From positions 7,748,363 to 7,812,362 of the forward strand of contig MU056216.1 in the NCBI GenBank assembly GCA_013239625.1: 64,000 bases of DNA, read 5' to 3'. A program made the translations under genes and the position numbers. Positions 38,560-51,206 of the stretch are shown in pieces. Numbering within the stretch: position 1 is the first letter of the stretch; each line of letters begins with the position of its first letter. A model generated the notes under the pieces. The model was not told where the DNA came from. It did not search any database and was given only the letters and a program-made list of their open reading frames with translations. The stretch comes from Lama guanicoe (lineage: Eukaryota).

Positions 38560-38930
38560 TTTAAATGTAGCAAACTTCAAATGCAGATAAACAAAAGGAA
38601 AACAAATCTCCTATAATCCTAGCACCCAGTGACAGACACACCAACATGGTGTTCTTCCAGACATTTTTCTTTGTACGTATTTTTTCCTCTTTAATAGGCA
38701 TTTTATGCAAACCAGTCTGAAGTCTGTCCTCACTTCCCAAACATCATTCATTTCAGTAAATGTGAACCCGTATCACCATTTTAATGGTCTTGTAGCCTCT
38801 CATTGTATGAGTGCACCATAATTTATCTCACAAATTTCCATTTGCTGGTTGTTCACCATGCTTTTGGTTCTGCAGTGATATAAAGATATTCTTGTATGTA
38901 TATTCTTGCATAATTGCCTGATTTTTAAAA
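38560..38930 (-). mobile_element. Old L1 (L1ME-like) 3' fragment
   Basis: ataatcctagcacccag...ttccagacatttttct...cattttaatggtcttgtag...cattgtatgagtgcaccataatttat. Confidence 0.6.
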
Positions 38931-38959
38931 TTTTATAATAAATCTATGTAAAAACTTAG

Positions 38960-39246
38960 TGAACAGAAACCTCCGTTAAATGGAGTTGGGAGACCAGAAG
39001 GGGGAGCTCTCACTCCCTGTGACCATAGCCGAGCCCAACATGCATAAGGCTCCTTTTCTTTCCTGGCAAGGATTCTACTAGCGAGAAGCCATGGACTCTT
39101 TGTTGACTACAGCCCTCCCAGCTTCCTTTTCCTCTCCTTCCTCTGCCCTGTGGGGACTTGCCTCTGAATTGCAAGTCTCTGCTGATCCCGAATAAACCCT
39201 TCTTTGCTGGCAAAGTATCTGGCAGTCTGTTTGTTTTAGGCCAACC
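38960..39246 (+). mobile_element. Solo LTR (ERV1-like)
   Basis: Begins tgaacagaaacctccgttaaatggagttggg, contains ctgatcccgAATAAAccc (39191-39196), ends ttgttttaggccaac; no clean TSD found; family not assigned. Confidence 0.6.
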
Positions 39247-39335
39247 TATATTAAATTTAAACCACAGTGTCCCTCATTTCTTCAGGAAAGACTTTCAATC
39301 TCTTGATTTTAAGGCAGTTTCACTCTTTACTTTAG

Positions 39336-39469
39336 GTGTACGAACACCAAGATGGCAGCAAATCGCTGAAGCTGGGCGACTTCGGACTGGCCACCATTGT
39401 AGACGGCCCCCTGTACACCGTCTGTGGCACCCCGACATATGTGGCTCCCGAAATCATCGCAGAGACCGG
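39336..39469 (+). CDS. DCLK1: DCLK1 exon with DFG and activation loop ([45 protein letters not shown])
   Basis: ctttactttag acceptor, GG|gtaaat donor; 134 nt; DFG and APE motifs. Confidence 0.98.
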
Positions 39470-40009
39470 GTAAATGCTTCTTGTGTACTGAGTGCAGGGC
39501 TGTGCTCACAGAATTAAACTAGTCAGCCTCAAGGAGAGAAGAAATAGGCGTGCTCTGTCCCATCCGGACACAATTAGCGTTCAGAGTTCTTTCACTTTTT
39601 TTTTTTTAACTTTAAAGTGGAAGCCATTTTCTCTGTTTTACCAGTCGAGTTGCCAATGACGGTAATCTTGTTTAAGGCTTCCTTTCGGCCTTTGTTAAAG
39701 GTAGAACAGCAGTTATTAACCTCCGAGTGAAAAATGTTGGGAGTAACAGAGAAACATAAAGTGATGACAATTAATTAGCTTTTGGAGATAAAAGAAGCAC
39801 ACAGACTGTACAGTGAGTGCAGTGTCCTGTGGCTGCTTCCCTCAGCTGTCCTTATTCTCCAGTTCCGGTCCCATTTTGGTCCTCTTGGCACTTCACTGAT
39901 GATCCGTGGAGTGCAGACACCCTTAGGCATCAGAGGGCCACTGGGATTAGCAGAAATAGCTGAATGAAAATCTCTAGAGTGGGGGGAGATGGTGGGGTGG
40001 CTTAATGCT

Positions 40010-40200
40010 CGTTAAGGACCTACTACTGTGTGCCCAGCCCTGAGCTCCTTTACTTCATTCTTGCTCTTCCAGTAGATGGTATGATGCCCATTTTGCATAT
40101 AAATAAACTCAGACTCTGATGAGTGATGTCTCATACAAGCTCATGACTAGATAGTTGCTGAGGCAGAATTTGAACTCAGGTCCAGGTGAGTAAAAGGCTC
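40010..40200 (-). mobile_element. MIR
   Basis: cctactactgtgtgcccag...cccattttgcatataaataaactcagactc...gaggcagaatttgaactcaggtc. Confidence 0.65.
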
Positions 40201-40599
40201 TTTCATTAAAGAGCCTGATTTCTTACCAAGGATCATGAGCTGGGTTCTGAAGCTCTCTCCTTCAACAGAAGGACTGGGGAAGGGTGGGCCAGCATGGAGA
40301 CACAGCCCTACCACTGCTTCCAGTAGGAGCACCAAGCCACACCACCAGCTAGGTAGTACCTTCCACTGTGACAGCTGGAGGTAGTTTTTCTGCTTGTACC
40401 ATAGACCAGGAAAGCAGAAATTCAACACAGATGAGAAGAGAAGACCTCAGGTAATGAGGACTTTTTCTTATGCATCAGCTTTGAGTGAGTTGGAAGCCCA
40501 CATCTAGAGCTCTGCCTGACCCGCTCAGAGGGCGCTGCCTGAGGCAGCGCTGTGTTCCTACTGTGAGTGCCCTGAGGGCCTGCTGGGGAGGGTGGGGTG

Positions 40600-40830
40600 G
40601 GCTGGAAAGAGGATTTGGTGCGGCTCTTGCAGACCTGGGTTGGAACTCAGCATTGCTACCGACTAATGGTGTGATCTTGAGCAAAATCATTTACCCCTCG
40701 GTTTTCTCCTCAGTAAAAGAGGCAATAATACTTACCCTGTACAAGCTACGGAGTTGCTGGGAAAAGAAAATCAGATAATGTATGTCAGTGCTTGGTACAT
40801 CAGGAAATATCTTATATGCAATTGTATTAT
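40600..40830 (+). mobile_element. MIR
   Basis: agacctgggttggaactcagc...tgtgatcttgagcaaaatcatttacccctcggttttctcctcagtaaaagaggcaataatacttacc. Confidence 0.7.
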
Positions 40831-40980
40831 TTCTAAAATTAGGGAGTTAAATAGCCTCAAGGGTTCATCTCTATCCTAAAATTGATACGACTATAATAAA
40901 CATTTGTGCTGAAACCGTTCACTTACTGATACTTGGATATAAGCCTGTACATTGCTTTGATTTTTAATTATGTGCCTTGG

Positions 40981-40981
<1 letters not shown>

Positions 40982-41014
<33 letters not shown>
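40982..41014. repeat. (TTA)11 microsatellite
   Basis: Perfect trinucleotide run. Confidence 0.95.
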
Positions 41015-41015
<1 letters not shown>

Positions 41016-41198
41016 ACATTATTTTCTTGAATTCTGTTTAGCCAGTGGGTTGTAGTTTAGTGTTTGTTGTGTTGTTTTTTTTTTTTTAATTTTTTTGGTT
41101 GGGGTTTTGGTTTATGCTAGAAGAGTCGTCTGTTTTACCATGCCCCATCATTTGTCCTGGCCTGACTTTGCTAACTCTGACATCACTTACTTTTTCAG

Positions 41199-41276
41199 AT
41201 ATGGCCTCAAGGTGGACATCTGGGCAGCTGGCGTAATCACTTACATCCTGCTGTGTGGCTTCCCTCCGTTCCGCGG
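41199..41276 (+). CDS. DCLK1: DCLK1 exon ([26 protein letters not shown])
   Basis: tttttcag acceptor, GG|gtacgg donor; 78 nt. Confidence 0.97.
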
Positions 41277-41639
41277 GTACGGGCGGCAACAAAACATTTC
41301 TCCATCCTCTGAGTGATCCATTCGGCCTGCTTGCCCAAAGGAGCCTACAGCAGAAAAAGATCATAATAGAACTTTACTTGCAGTGCCTGTGATTTTTTCC
41401 ATGTTGTGCATGCTTATTCACATGCCTTCCATAAATCTTCCCCATATAATTTAAAAACTCATTTTTTTCTTAATTTGCCAAAACAGTTCCATGCTGACAT
41501 TTTGAATTGCTTAAAAACACATTTTACACATTTATGGGGAAAGGAAGGGCTCCGATGCATAAGAATGAAAAGACACACCCCGAGCTGACATTTCCGTGCC
41601 GTGCTGTTTATTCCTTGTTGTGGTCCTTCATCTCAACAG

Positions 41640-41736
41640 AAGCGGCGATGACCAGGAGGTGCTCTTTGATCAGATTTTGATGGGGCAAGTGGACTTCCCT
41701 TCTCCTTACTGGGATAATGTTTCCGATTCTGCAAAG
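41640..41736 (+). CDS. DCLK1: DCLK1 exon ([32 protein letters not shown])
   Basis: tctcaacag acceptor, AAG|gtaggt donor; 97 nt. Confidence 0.97.
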
Positions 41737-41929
41737 GTAGGTTTCCAGTGCCTTCCTCTTCCTCATAGTCTGTGTCTCTTAATGGAATTATTGATTGCGA
41801 ATCATTGTGTGGAGAGAAATGAATGGTGTCTTAAGTATGATTTCTGCTTGCATTTTAGTCCTAATTACTAGATTTTCCTAGAGGTCACAGTCATCGTCTG
41901 TTCATAGCCGTCCAAACTTATCAAGTGTC

Positions 41930-42220
41930 TGTGTCCCCTGGTTCCATCCCTCCCTGTTGCCACTCCAGCTCCCCTGCTGAAGCCTCTTGCTGTGCCCTGC
42001 CCACACCAGGCTTGAGCCCACCCCCGCTTTCTATATAGCTGACTGTTTCACCTCTTTCAGGTCTTGACTTAACATCCTCTTCACAGTGAAGCTTTCCCAG
42101 ACCACCGTGTCTCCCTCCAACTGCAGCTCGTAACCCTACCTAGCTCACTTATCACCCTTTGCTTTATTTTTCTCCATAACACATACACTCTTACATCCAT
42201 CTGGTACACTGTCTAACTCG
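41930..42220 (+). mobile_element. L2 3' fragment
   Basis: cacctctttcaggtcttgacttaacatcctcttcacagtgaagctttcccagaccacc...ctttatttttctccataacac. Confidence 0.65.
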
Positions 42221-43437
42221 CAATGTCCTGAGTATGGGTTCAATTTAAAAGCTGACTCCTTAGGCCTGGCCACTTTCCATAGAAAATGATGCCTATTGGG
42301 ACCAAATCTCTCATTTTTTCCAACTGTCCAGGAATCAACCTCTGGACATAGGAGAATGTGGGAAATTGAGAGAAGTAGCCAAGAAAAGCCACACAGGTGA
42401 AAGGAGAGGGTGACACAGCTGCAGGGGTGGGGTTCTCACCAGGCTCTTCAGGACTCTGTCCAGATCTCAGCGCTATCACTGCATAATGGGAGAGCTCCAA
42501 GTCAGTAACAGATAGGACTGTTCCTTCACCCCCATGGCACCCTGCAGAGGGCATCACACATGACAGTTGCTTTAATTAAATCCTGGACCAAGTGAGAAAG
42601 TGGAGGTAGAATCTCTGCATCATTGGAAACCAATCATTACTATCACGGAGCGGTACTCAGAGCCTGTGCATGGAAGGGGGCAGGTAACACATATCTAACC
42701 CTTTTCTTACATGGAAACTTCTAATTCAAAGTAGACAAATGTATGACACACTCATCATTAAAACTCAAGCTGTGCTTTCCTGGTGCAAATAAATTTGAGC
42801 TTATAGAGAAGTTTCATTAATTTCAGAATCATTAAATCATTTGCTGCTTAATGATGCTATTTTATTTTTATTGATTGAGCTGGACATTTTTGAATGCATT
42901 TTTAACAGATTTCCTTTGAACTTTTTGGCTACTAAAGAATTATTTCTATTACCAACTAGCTGTTGACAATTCTATATGTCTTTCTTCGTTCCTTTCTTTC
43001 AAATCTTGCAGTTAGAAGGGAAAAAAAATTCATTTCTGCTTTCAGATGCTAAAGTGAAAACTTAAAGTGTTTTTAAAATGTGATTTCTATATTAAAGTAA
43101 TTCAGAAATCTGTAAAGTGCAAAATTCTAGACAAAGGAAGGAATATTAATTCTTTAACTGTGTACTTTATTTTCTATTAAAATATTTTTATTAATTTGAT
43201 TTTATTAATTTGATTTTTTATTTTTTCTTTCAATGACAAGCTATATATTTATAATTCCAAATATTCACCTTTCCTTTAAAAGGTGTTAGGTAGCTATAGG
43301 TAAGCTGAGTTGATACAGTTAAGATTTAGAGCTTTGGCAAATGCTTTTCCAAACTAAGAGAGCTTCTGTGCCTGAAAACACCCTGATTTTTACCTTAAAT
43401 GTTAGACACAACTGGCATCGCATGTTTCCTTTCACAG

Positions 43438-43518
43438 GAGCTCATTACCATGATGCTGTTGGTGGATGTTGATCAGCGATTTTCAGCTGTGCAGGTCCTT
43501 GAACATCCCTGGGTTAAT
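43438..43518 (+). CDS. DCLK1: DCLK1 exon, kinase end ([27 protein letters not shown])
   Basis: tttcctttcacag acceptor, AAT|gtaagt donor; 81 nt. Confidence 0.97.
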
Positions 43519-43944
43519 GTAAGTGACTTCCTCCCTTCCTGGTGTTTACTCCCAACATTCCTTGTTAAAACTGCAGCTTTCTTAATGATGTCCCCTCCTT
43601 TTTAAAGTGTTGTGCTTATGTCTGTTCCTCCCCCTCAAACATGCCAGAACAGTTCTGGGATTTCAGACTCATTCCGCGGGAGCCTCTGATGTATCTGTGC
43701 TGACATGTGTTCTCATGGTCCCTTGCACAAAGCATTTCATTTGATTCCAATGGGACTGCCTCCTACTGGGGAGGTGCACATGGTCACCACCCCCTACCCC
43801 CACAACCTCCATTCCGTGGTCCAGGTTAGGGCCAAATACATCAATGAGACAGAGTAAGTTTTCTGAGTCCATGCTGCTTTTGCACCATTTCTACCAAGCA
43901 TACAGGTCCAGGGGCCTCTGAATAAGCCTGGGAGTTCCCCCGTG

Positions 43945-44090
43945 CAGCACTTCTCAAACCTGAACAGCTCACGCGTCGCCTGGGGATCTTACTCAAATGC
44001 AGGTCGGTAACGCACGCAGCAGACGTGAGGGGCTGCGTTTCTGAACGCTCCCAGACACTGCTGCTGCTGTCAGAGTGCAAGGCTCCAAGG
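43945..44090. mobile_element. MER5-type MITE fragment
   Basis: cagcacttctcaaacctgaac...cctggggatcttactcaaatgcag...ctgcgtttctgaacgctcccag. Confidence 0.55.
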
Positions 44091-44176
44091 ACATTTCTTT
44101 AGCCATGAAAGAATTCTCCTGAGAGGTCATTATTTTTGACCCTACATCTATGTCTCTATAGCTGATAAGGTTTGTT

Positions 44177-44177
<1 letters not shown>

Positions 44178-44223
<46 letters not shown>
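44178..44223. repeat. (ATA)15 microsatellite
   Basis: Perfect trinucleotide run. Confidence 0.95.
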
Positions 44224-44224
<1 letters not shown>

Positions 44225-44225
<1 letters not shown>

Positions 44226-44420
44226 TACTTACAGAGTGGTTAACTTACAGTGTCCGCCCCGGACTGCTGTAACCGCCTCACGTACATGAACTGATTGTGT
44301 CTATGTAGTAACAGAACTATAACCGGGGTCTGTCGTAACCCCTATTGACATGTGCAGCAGCAGCTCAGGCAGGGCATGGATACTTGATGGAAGGTAACTC
44401 CCAGCTCAGTCGGACAGAGA
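44225..44420 (-). mobile_element. MIR (diverged), adjacent (AAT)n probably expanded from its 3' end
   Basis: Reverse-complement MIR layout directly after the AAT array. Confidence 0.45.
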
Positions 44421-47400
44421 AACAAAGTTAGGAAGACTTCTGGCTGTTCCCTTTGAATAACTAGGCTGTTCGTTTTCTTAGGGCAGCGTATACATGTCTC
44501 AGTGGTAACGTTCTTCCTTCTCAACCAGCTTTGTACACTTGTTAACACATGGTCTCACTTAGCCGAGGCTCCCTCTGGGCCTTGGACTTCTGCTGTCATT
44601 TTAGTTTTTCCCCTGAGAGTCCCTAAAAATGTTTCCTAAATGCAAGGATAACGTTTAGGGCATTATCTAAGAGATTTAAAAATTTTAAATACCCTTTAAT
44701 ATAACTCTAACATACCTTAGATTCTAAGGGAAAAAAAAGACACTGATTTTAGCAAAAAAAAAAAAAAACTTTAAAAAACTTAACATATAAAAGTGATTGT
44801 TTAACTTTTGAAATTATGTAGTAACTAAATCAGAAAACTTTTTATTTTCTTTGTCTCTAATAAATGAAAAAAAAATGTCTCTAAGCTTTCCCAGCCGGCA
44901 TTTAGTATTTGTCGAGGTCTCCGAGTGCAACAAATGAACAACCAAGCAATCAAAGCCAATAAATTAGGAATTTAAAAGGAAGCCCAGTTAACAAGACATT
45001 TTGCATTTGGAGATCAAATTATAGCTGATCACTGCAGAGGACACTACCTAAGGGGTGAAAAACTAATAATATTTGCATGAGCCCTAAGGAAGTCGTCAGA
45101 GAGCCCTTCTCACACTCCCATTTGTCCTAATTTTCTCTATTGCTTATACGGTGCCCTTTTCTCTTGGTGCACTTGGAATTGAAAAGGCAGTCTCTTATGA
45201 AACAGAGGGCAGAGCGTGAGGGCAGCAGAATCGAAAAATCTAGTCAGCAAAGTCACTTGTTTTAACCTTCCTCCAGGTGTTTCCTCTACGCTCCCATTTC
45301 TTTCCTTTTTTTTTTTTTTAATATACTCTGGGTGCAAATCCCACCATCCTCCGTGGTGTCTTGGACCTCTGCTCTGTTACTGGAAGAGCCACGAGCGAGG
45401 CCTCTCATTGGATGCTCCCAATGAGCCAGGTAGACATAGGCTGCATCAGTGTGCAGCCAGGTGTGCGGAGAGGGATGGAGACTCCCGGAAGCAGCACCAG
45501 CTCACCTGCCTGTGTCACCTCGAGACAATCACTTCACCTCATTGAACCTGTCTGTGAAATGGACACAGTAGAATCAGCCTCTCAGGTTATGAGGATGGCG
45601 AGAGGATTTTATATTTGAGGAGTGTGAGTGAGAGAATCTTAATTGCTGAAACTCCACAAGTACTTGATAAATATTTGGCCAGTGTGAGTCTGAGCAAGGC
45701 TCTATCATCCGTTGCTACGTGCTGATAAAGTACAAATTGATACTTGATTAAGGCGGAAACCCCTTCATCCAAAAAAATGACCCTGTTTGCGTGCTCCAGA
45801 CTCCATGTAGATAATGTGGTCAGCTTGTGGTGGTCTCCAACATAGCAGCTATTTCCTTAATGCAGCTAGAAAATACCGACAGGAATTGCCCTAGCCAAAT
45901 TTATTTACCCTATTTCTCATCTAGTGGGGAACCATATGATTCAGGCACATAATCTATAAGAATGGAACAGACCATAATATGTCTGGATCATTCCAGGGGT
46001 TATGGAGAAGGTTGTCACTGTCTTCCCAACTGGACACCTTGTTGGTAGAAAACATAGGTTAGTGATTAAGTTCAGAGGCCTAAATGACATTTCCAAAATT
46101 TTTTCTTTCTCGTAATTAGGATTAAATTGTCAGTATCTCCAATATATTACTATTGCTGGATTTTATTTTCAAAGTGTTGACCTACCTTATCCCATGTTAT
46201 TTCCCTCATACCGTAGGATAAAGTTCCGTCTCATTGCTGTAGTTCTATGGATCTGTGTTTTACCTTTAATTATTTTCCTGATGAGGAAACTGAGGCTCAG
46301 AAAAGTCTCTAACGCCTAGGTCCGCCCCCCCCCCGATTCTGATACTGATCTGCATTGGCATCAGAAGCTCCTCAGTGATTATAATGTGAGACCAAGACTG
46401 AGATCCTCTGTCCTAGCGGAAAGGATGGGTTTAAATAAGTCAAGTGTAGGTGTTTAGTCGATTCACGACTACCTGTCACCTTCTTGGCCTTTAAATTCGA
46501 TTTTACTTCCTTTTTCTCACTTACCCACTCTTTCGAAAAGATACTACTAAGCCAATACTCAAAAAGGAAAAAAAAGAACAAGATGAAGAAGGAAAAGCAA
46601 GAGCCTGGATAATATTTTTTATTCCATGCTCTTAAAAATCAGTGCTACCCATACAAAAATATATAAGCATCCGTCTAATAGTTGTGAGCAATTAAGAGCA
46701 CCCCGCAATGCTACTGTAATGATAAATGAAACTACTTATCTGGGTTCGTAAATTGTAAATGATGACGTGGAATTCCACTCTCCGTTTGGGCATCTTATCC
46801 TGTCCATTCTCCAAGGGAGACGTTAATTTGCTTCACATGTTCTCCCCGAGTGCAGTGTGAATTGTAGGCGTGGGGGATACACAGGGCCAAGCTAAGGGAG
46901 TCAGAAATCCTGGGATGTCGTACAGCTGGGGATGGTTAACTGGAGGCGAGGGGCCACGCACTGGGTTGTGGGATGGAACTGCTGGTGAAGAGCCTTCTAA
47001 TGTTCTTGGGATTGTTCAAATCGTTTTAAACGAAATCAGAATATTCTGGTAGGGAACTGCTCAAGGCTGCCATGCTTCTCATAAATTTACAGATAGTATT
47101 AACACTAGAGTCTGGTAATGCATAGACTGAAATCCAGATCCATGATTCAAAAACAAAACTCCATGAAGGAAGGAGGATTTTCTAAAAGCATGACCCCTGG
47201 AGTGGTTTCCCCAAGGAAAGAGAGGAATTCACTCTACTGAGTGACCTCACGTCCCAGCTTCATACCCCTCCCCGCAGCTCCTCCCCGACATCCGCTAGAG
47301 GAATGGAGACCAGGAGGCTGAGTCTCCTACAGACAGCTGGGAGAGTTCATTTTCCATTTTGCAAACTAATTTTGTTCTTGTCGGTTGCAATACTCTGCCA

Positions 47401-47800
47401 AGTGGTGGATGGGAATTTCTAAATCAAAACCCACGAACCTCAAACTACAACCAGCCCGTGTCAGACTTCAGAAACTACTCCCAGAGCCTACATACCAGAA
47501 CGTATGGTAATAATACTGTAACTGTGTGTAACGTTCTGCCAGATTTGTCACGTTTAGAAAATTCATAGCACATTTTTGGCACATAGTCTATTCAGAATAA
47601 TGGCGATGAAGATGTATATATAAAAATGTGTGTTTTTCATGGCCCTATTTATTTTATTGATGCAAGACAGTAAGTTAGCTAAATCTCCACCGCCATTCTG
47701 TAGGCCTTAGGTACAGATTAGGTCTCTGTAAAGCCATGTCTTTTAATCCAATTATGCTCAGAGCCTTCAAAACTGATAGAGAGATACATTTTAGTTGCTG

Positions 47801-47829
47801 GTGTGTGTGTGTGTGTGTGTGTGTGTGTG
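47801..47829. repeat. (GT)14 microsatellite
   Basis: Perfect dinucleotide run. Confidence 0.95.
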
Positions 47830-48759
47830 CACTCGGGTGTGCGTGTGTTTTACCTTCTCTAGCTGAGACACCCTATTTCATTGGGGGGAAAAAAATCCTG
47901 AAATGTTTTAAGATTTATGAAGTCAGAAGCCTCTCTGACAACTTGTTTCACTACTTTCATTGCTTCAGCGTGAACTAATAACCCAAGGGAAGCTGAAACC
48001 TTCACTCGAATTTAAAGCTGTAGGCCTGAACCCCCAGGCCCCAACGTTTGAAAGAGTTGCTAGGAGTCTTGACAGGAGATTAGGACCAGGACAGAGCTGG
48101 GAAATCGTAACAGAGTCCATTGTGAGGGTGGTGAGAAGCTGGAAAACTGGCAGGCAGAAAAAAGCCAGGTGAAGGGAAATTTCTGGCCAAAATGGCAGTT
48201 GTGGGGAAGTGAGAAAGAGAAGCGATTGGGCAGCAGGGGATGAATCTCCCTCAGGAAGTGAAGGAGAGGCCGCCCGTATGGAATCCCTATTTGTTTTCTC
48301 TGCATCTGGACCCACCAATCAGAGCCCACCCCACAACCCAGAGCGCCTTCCCGGCGGCACCCAGGATCAGCCCAGCCGTCCAGCACTGCCTGCTGCTCCA
48401 CGCAGGATGCGAGAGTCCTGGCCCTAACACGGCACATTCTGACATCCCAGATGAGTGGCTGCCCAGTCTTTCCGGGGCATAGAAGCTTCTAATTTCTCAC
48501 TACATCCCTCTGGACCCTAGGAGGTGCTCAGCATCCCTTTGAATGACCTCCATCCAAATGCTTCCTTGGCTCCATCAGGGCTTGTCCAAATAGTCTCTTG
48601 GTTTTTTTCAGCCCCTAGTTCAGTCCTCCTTCCTCCTGACCATTGTGTTCCTTTCATCATGGAAAAGATAACTCCCTGAGTCATTACACTGAGCACTCCT
48701 GGACCTCTTTTTGTAGCCAACGCCCTGCCCTCAGTGCCCTTCAGTGCCCTTGACAGTGC

Positions 48760-48970
48760 AACGTGGTGTGGTGGGCGGACCACAGAGTTCCAACCTGGTG
48801 CAGGCCTGACTCAGCCACCTTCTAGCCCTGTGACCTAGAGCAAATTATGTAACTTTGTAGAACCTCAGTTCGCTCATGTTCAGAATGGGACTAACAACGC
48901 ATATTGTAGAAGATGATCTGAGGATGAAGAATATGTAGGACATTAGCACCAGGCCGTATAATGGTTAAAT
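48760..48970 (+). mobile_element. MIR
   Basis: actcagccaccttctagccctgtgacctagagcaaattatgtaactttgtagaacctcagttcgctcatgttcagaatggga. Confidence 0.7.
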
Positions 48971-50804
48971 CTTGGGCACCTTCCTCCCTTCCCACCTTTC
49001 TCTTTCAGCTTTGCTCCCGTCCTCACCCTTTCTCTCCTATTTTATAACCTGAAGCTCATACAGATCTTTTTGCCTTAGGTAGCCTTAATAACAGAACTCT
49101 ATTAAGAGATGACTAGAAGTGCATGTGTACTTTGGGGCGTGAGGCCCAGTGGGGCACCACTGTATCAGGCTGCCCCCTTTCCTTCCAGCAGAACCCCAAA
49201 TTGTGATACCTTCATTAAAACCACATCATTCCATCCCTTGCCCAGTGTTTAAATCCTCCCCAGGTTCTAGCATAGATTCCAAGGGCTGCTGTTTCATTCA
49301 CAAGTCATGCACACACCACTGAATTCGCCCTTGTGTTGAAAACTCTAGCCTGTCTAACCCTAATTCTCTGATTCTCATCACACTTCTCTTCCGCTTGTAT
49401 CGTTGGGACCTGGATGAAGGGAGGAGAGTGGTCCCCTACACTTCCTGCACTTACACCCTCTTATTAGAAAGCATTGCTTTATTTCTAACAGAGTAAGGCT
49501 TCAATCTCCAGATCTTCGGGGGACTCCACTGTGGCCTGTCTTTCCCTGTTTTCCAGCTTTTTCTTCCATCGCTCTCCCAGTAGTTGACCCATTGTTGGCA
49601 AACATGCCTCGTGGCTTCCCACTGGCACACATCCATGCACTGAAACATCGCCTGTCCTCCTCTCTACCTGTCCGTCTGTTCCCATCCAGGAGGACCAGGT
49701 GGAATCCCTTATCCCTCGTGACGTCCACACTCACTGAAAATATGTCCTCTCTTCTGAACTCCTTCGGTGTTTCTAGCTGAGCCACGCAGCCCACTGCCTG
49801 GCGATGGCTCTTTCTTACCTTCTTGGCCTGTTTTGTCAGTTGACCTGGTGTGTGCCTACCTTGTCCGCCAGTTAGCCTGCAAGGGTCTGGTGGACAGCGA
49901 TCATTTCCTCTCCCCACTCTGCCCTCCCCGACGTAGTCCTGCACGTTGTAGGCACTTCAGACAACGCTGTTTCCATTCTCTCCCCAGGATCATCCCATGT
50001 TACCCTAACAGACCTTCATTTTATTTCTCTCAATACAGAATTTAAAAGAAAATTTTCAGTTCACTCTGCATCATTGGAAAGCCTCCGTCCTCTAGATTTG
50101 GTTTCAGATGTGAGTTAGTGGCATAGTAATTGTTCCCTCTTCTAGCCATTAATAAACCAGCCCAAGAATATCGTCAACTGAGCATCCACTGTGCGCAGGG
50201 CACTGAACCAAGTGTTTATATTAAAGATTGCAGACACGTGGGAGATGTGGTACAAAAGGGCAGGAGTTGAGATGTATACGCATATATACATGTATATATA
50301 TAACATATATGCAAAATCATCCAACACCAAAAAGAATATAAATAGTGCAAAAATATGTAACGAAAAAGCATTAGGCGTTTATAAAGGAACCATTATAACA
50401 GATTGTGCTTAATAGCAGGGAAATGGGAACAGGTGATTTGGACCCAAGCTATGAAGAAAAAGAGAGACCACAGGGGTCAGAAGAGGGACGCTCGTGCCTG
50501 TTTTTGGTCACTGTTACTTCCTCGTCACTTACTGTAGTGCCTAGGCCACGGCAGATGTGCAGTTAATACAGGCTGCAGAAATGAGTAGCCCGAGGCTGAA
50601 GAAAGGAGTGAATCCCAGGTGGAGAGACCAGGTTATGTAAAAGAGCCAGCATGCGGCACTTGGAAAGCAGCACCTCTGTTTTCCTGGGGGGAGCCAAGAA
50701 ATTCCGTGCAAAATGATGGGGAGGAAGGAGAGAAGGAAAATGACAGATGGCATTGAAATCTTGTCAGGAATTTTGGGTTAAACAGACAGTAACAAACACT
50801 TGAT

Positions 50805-50915
50805 TATCCATTCATCCCACAAATATTTACTAAGCATCTACTGTGTGCCAAGGTACATGCTAAGACGTGGGGGTTCTATAGCGGACAGTCTGTCTTCAAG
50901 GATCGCTCAGTCTCT
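50805..50915 (-). mobile_element. L2 3' end
   Basis: cattcatcccacaaatatttactaagcatctactgtgtgccaagg. Confidence 0.7.
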
Positions 50916-51128
50916 TCATTGCACACTAGTAAGTGGTGGCACCTGCTTTGGACTCTGGTTATGGTTATTCTAACAGTGTTTAGCGAAGGAGCGAAATCTC
51001 CTCCAGCCTCCATCATAGATGGCTCCAGTGGAGAACAGATGCCTTAATGAAAATGAGCTGCAATGCCAAGTATGTCATAAAAAGAGATGATTTGAAGGCC
51101 ACAAGGAAGACTTAAATTTAAGGGAAGA

Positions 51129-51206
51129 GGGGAGGGTAATAGCTCAGTGGTGGTGTGCATGCTTAGCGTGCATGAGGTCTTGGGTTCAATTCCCAAAACA
51201 AGAAGC
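51129..51206 (+). mobile_element. 3'-truncated tRNA-Ala-derived SINE (Vic-1 type head only)
   Basis: ggggagggtaatagctcagtgg...gggttcaattccc then short A-rich run; flanking ttaaggga(a)ga at 51118-51128 and 51207-51216. Confidence 0.8.

Noticed and set aside
39158-39517. 119-aa ORF as an LTR-kinase fusion
   Set aside because: It crosses the DFG exon in the wrong frame and starts at a non-ATG codon
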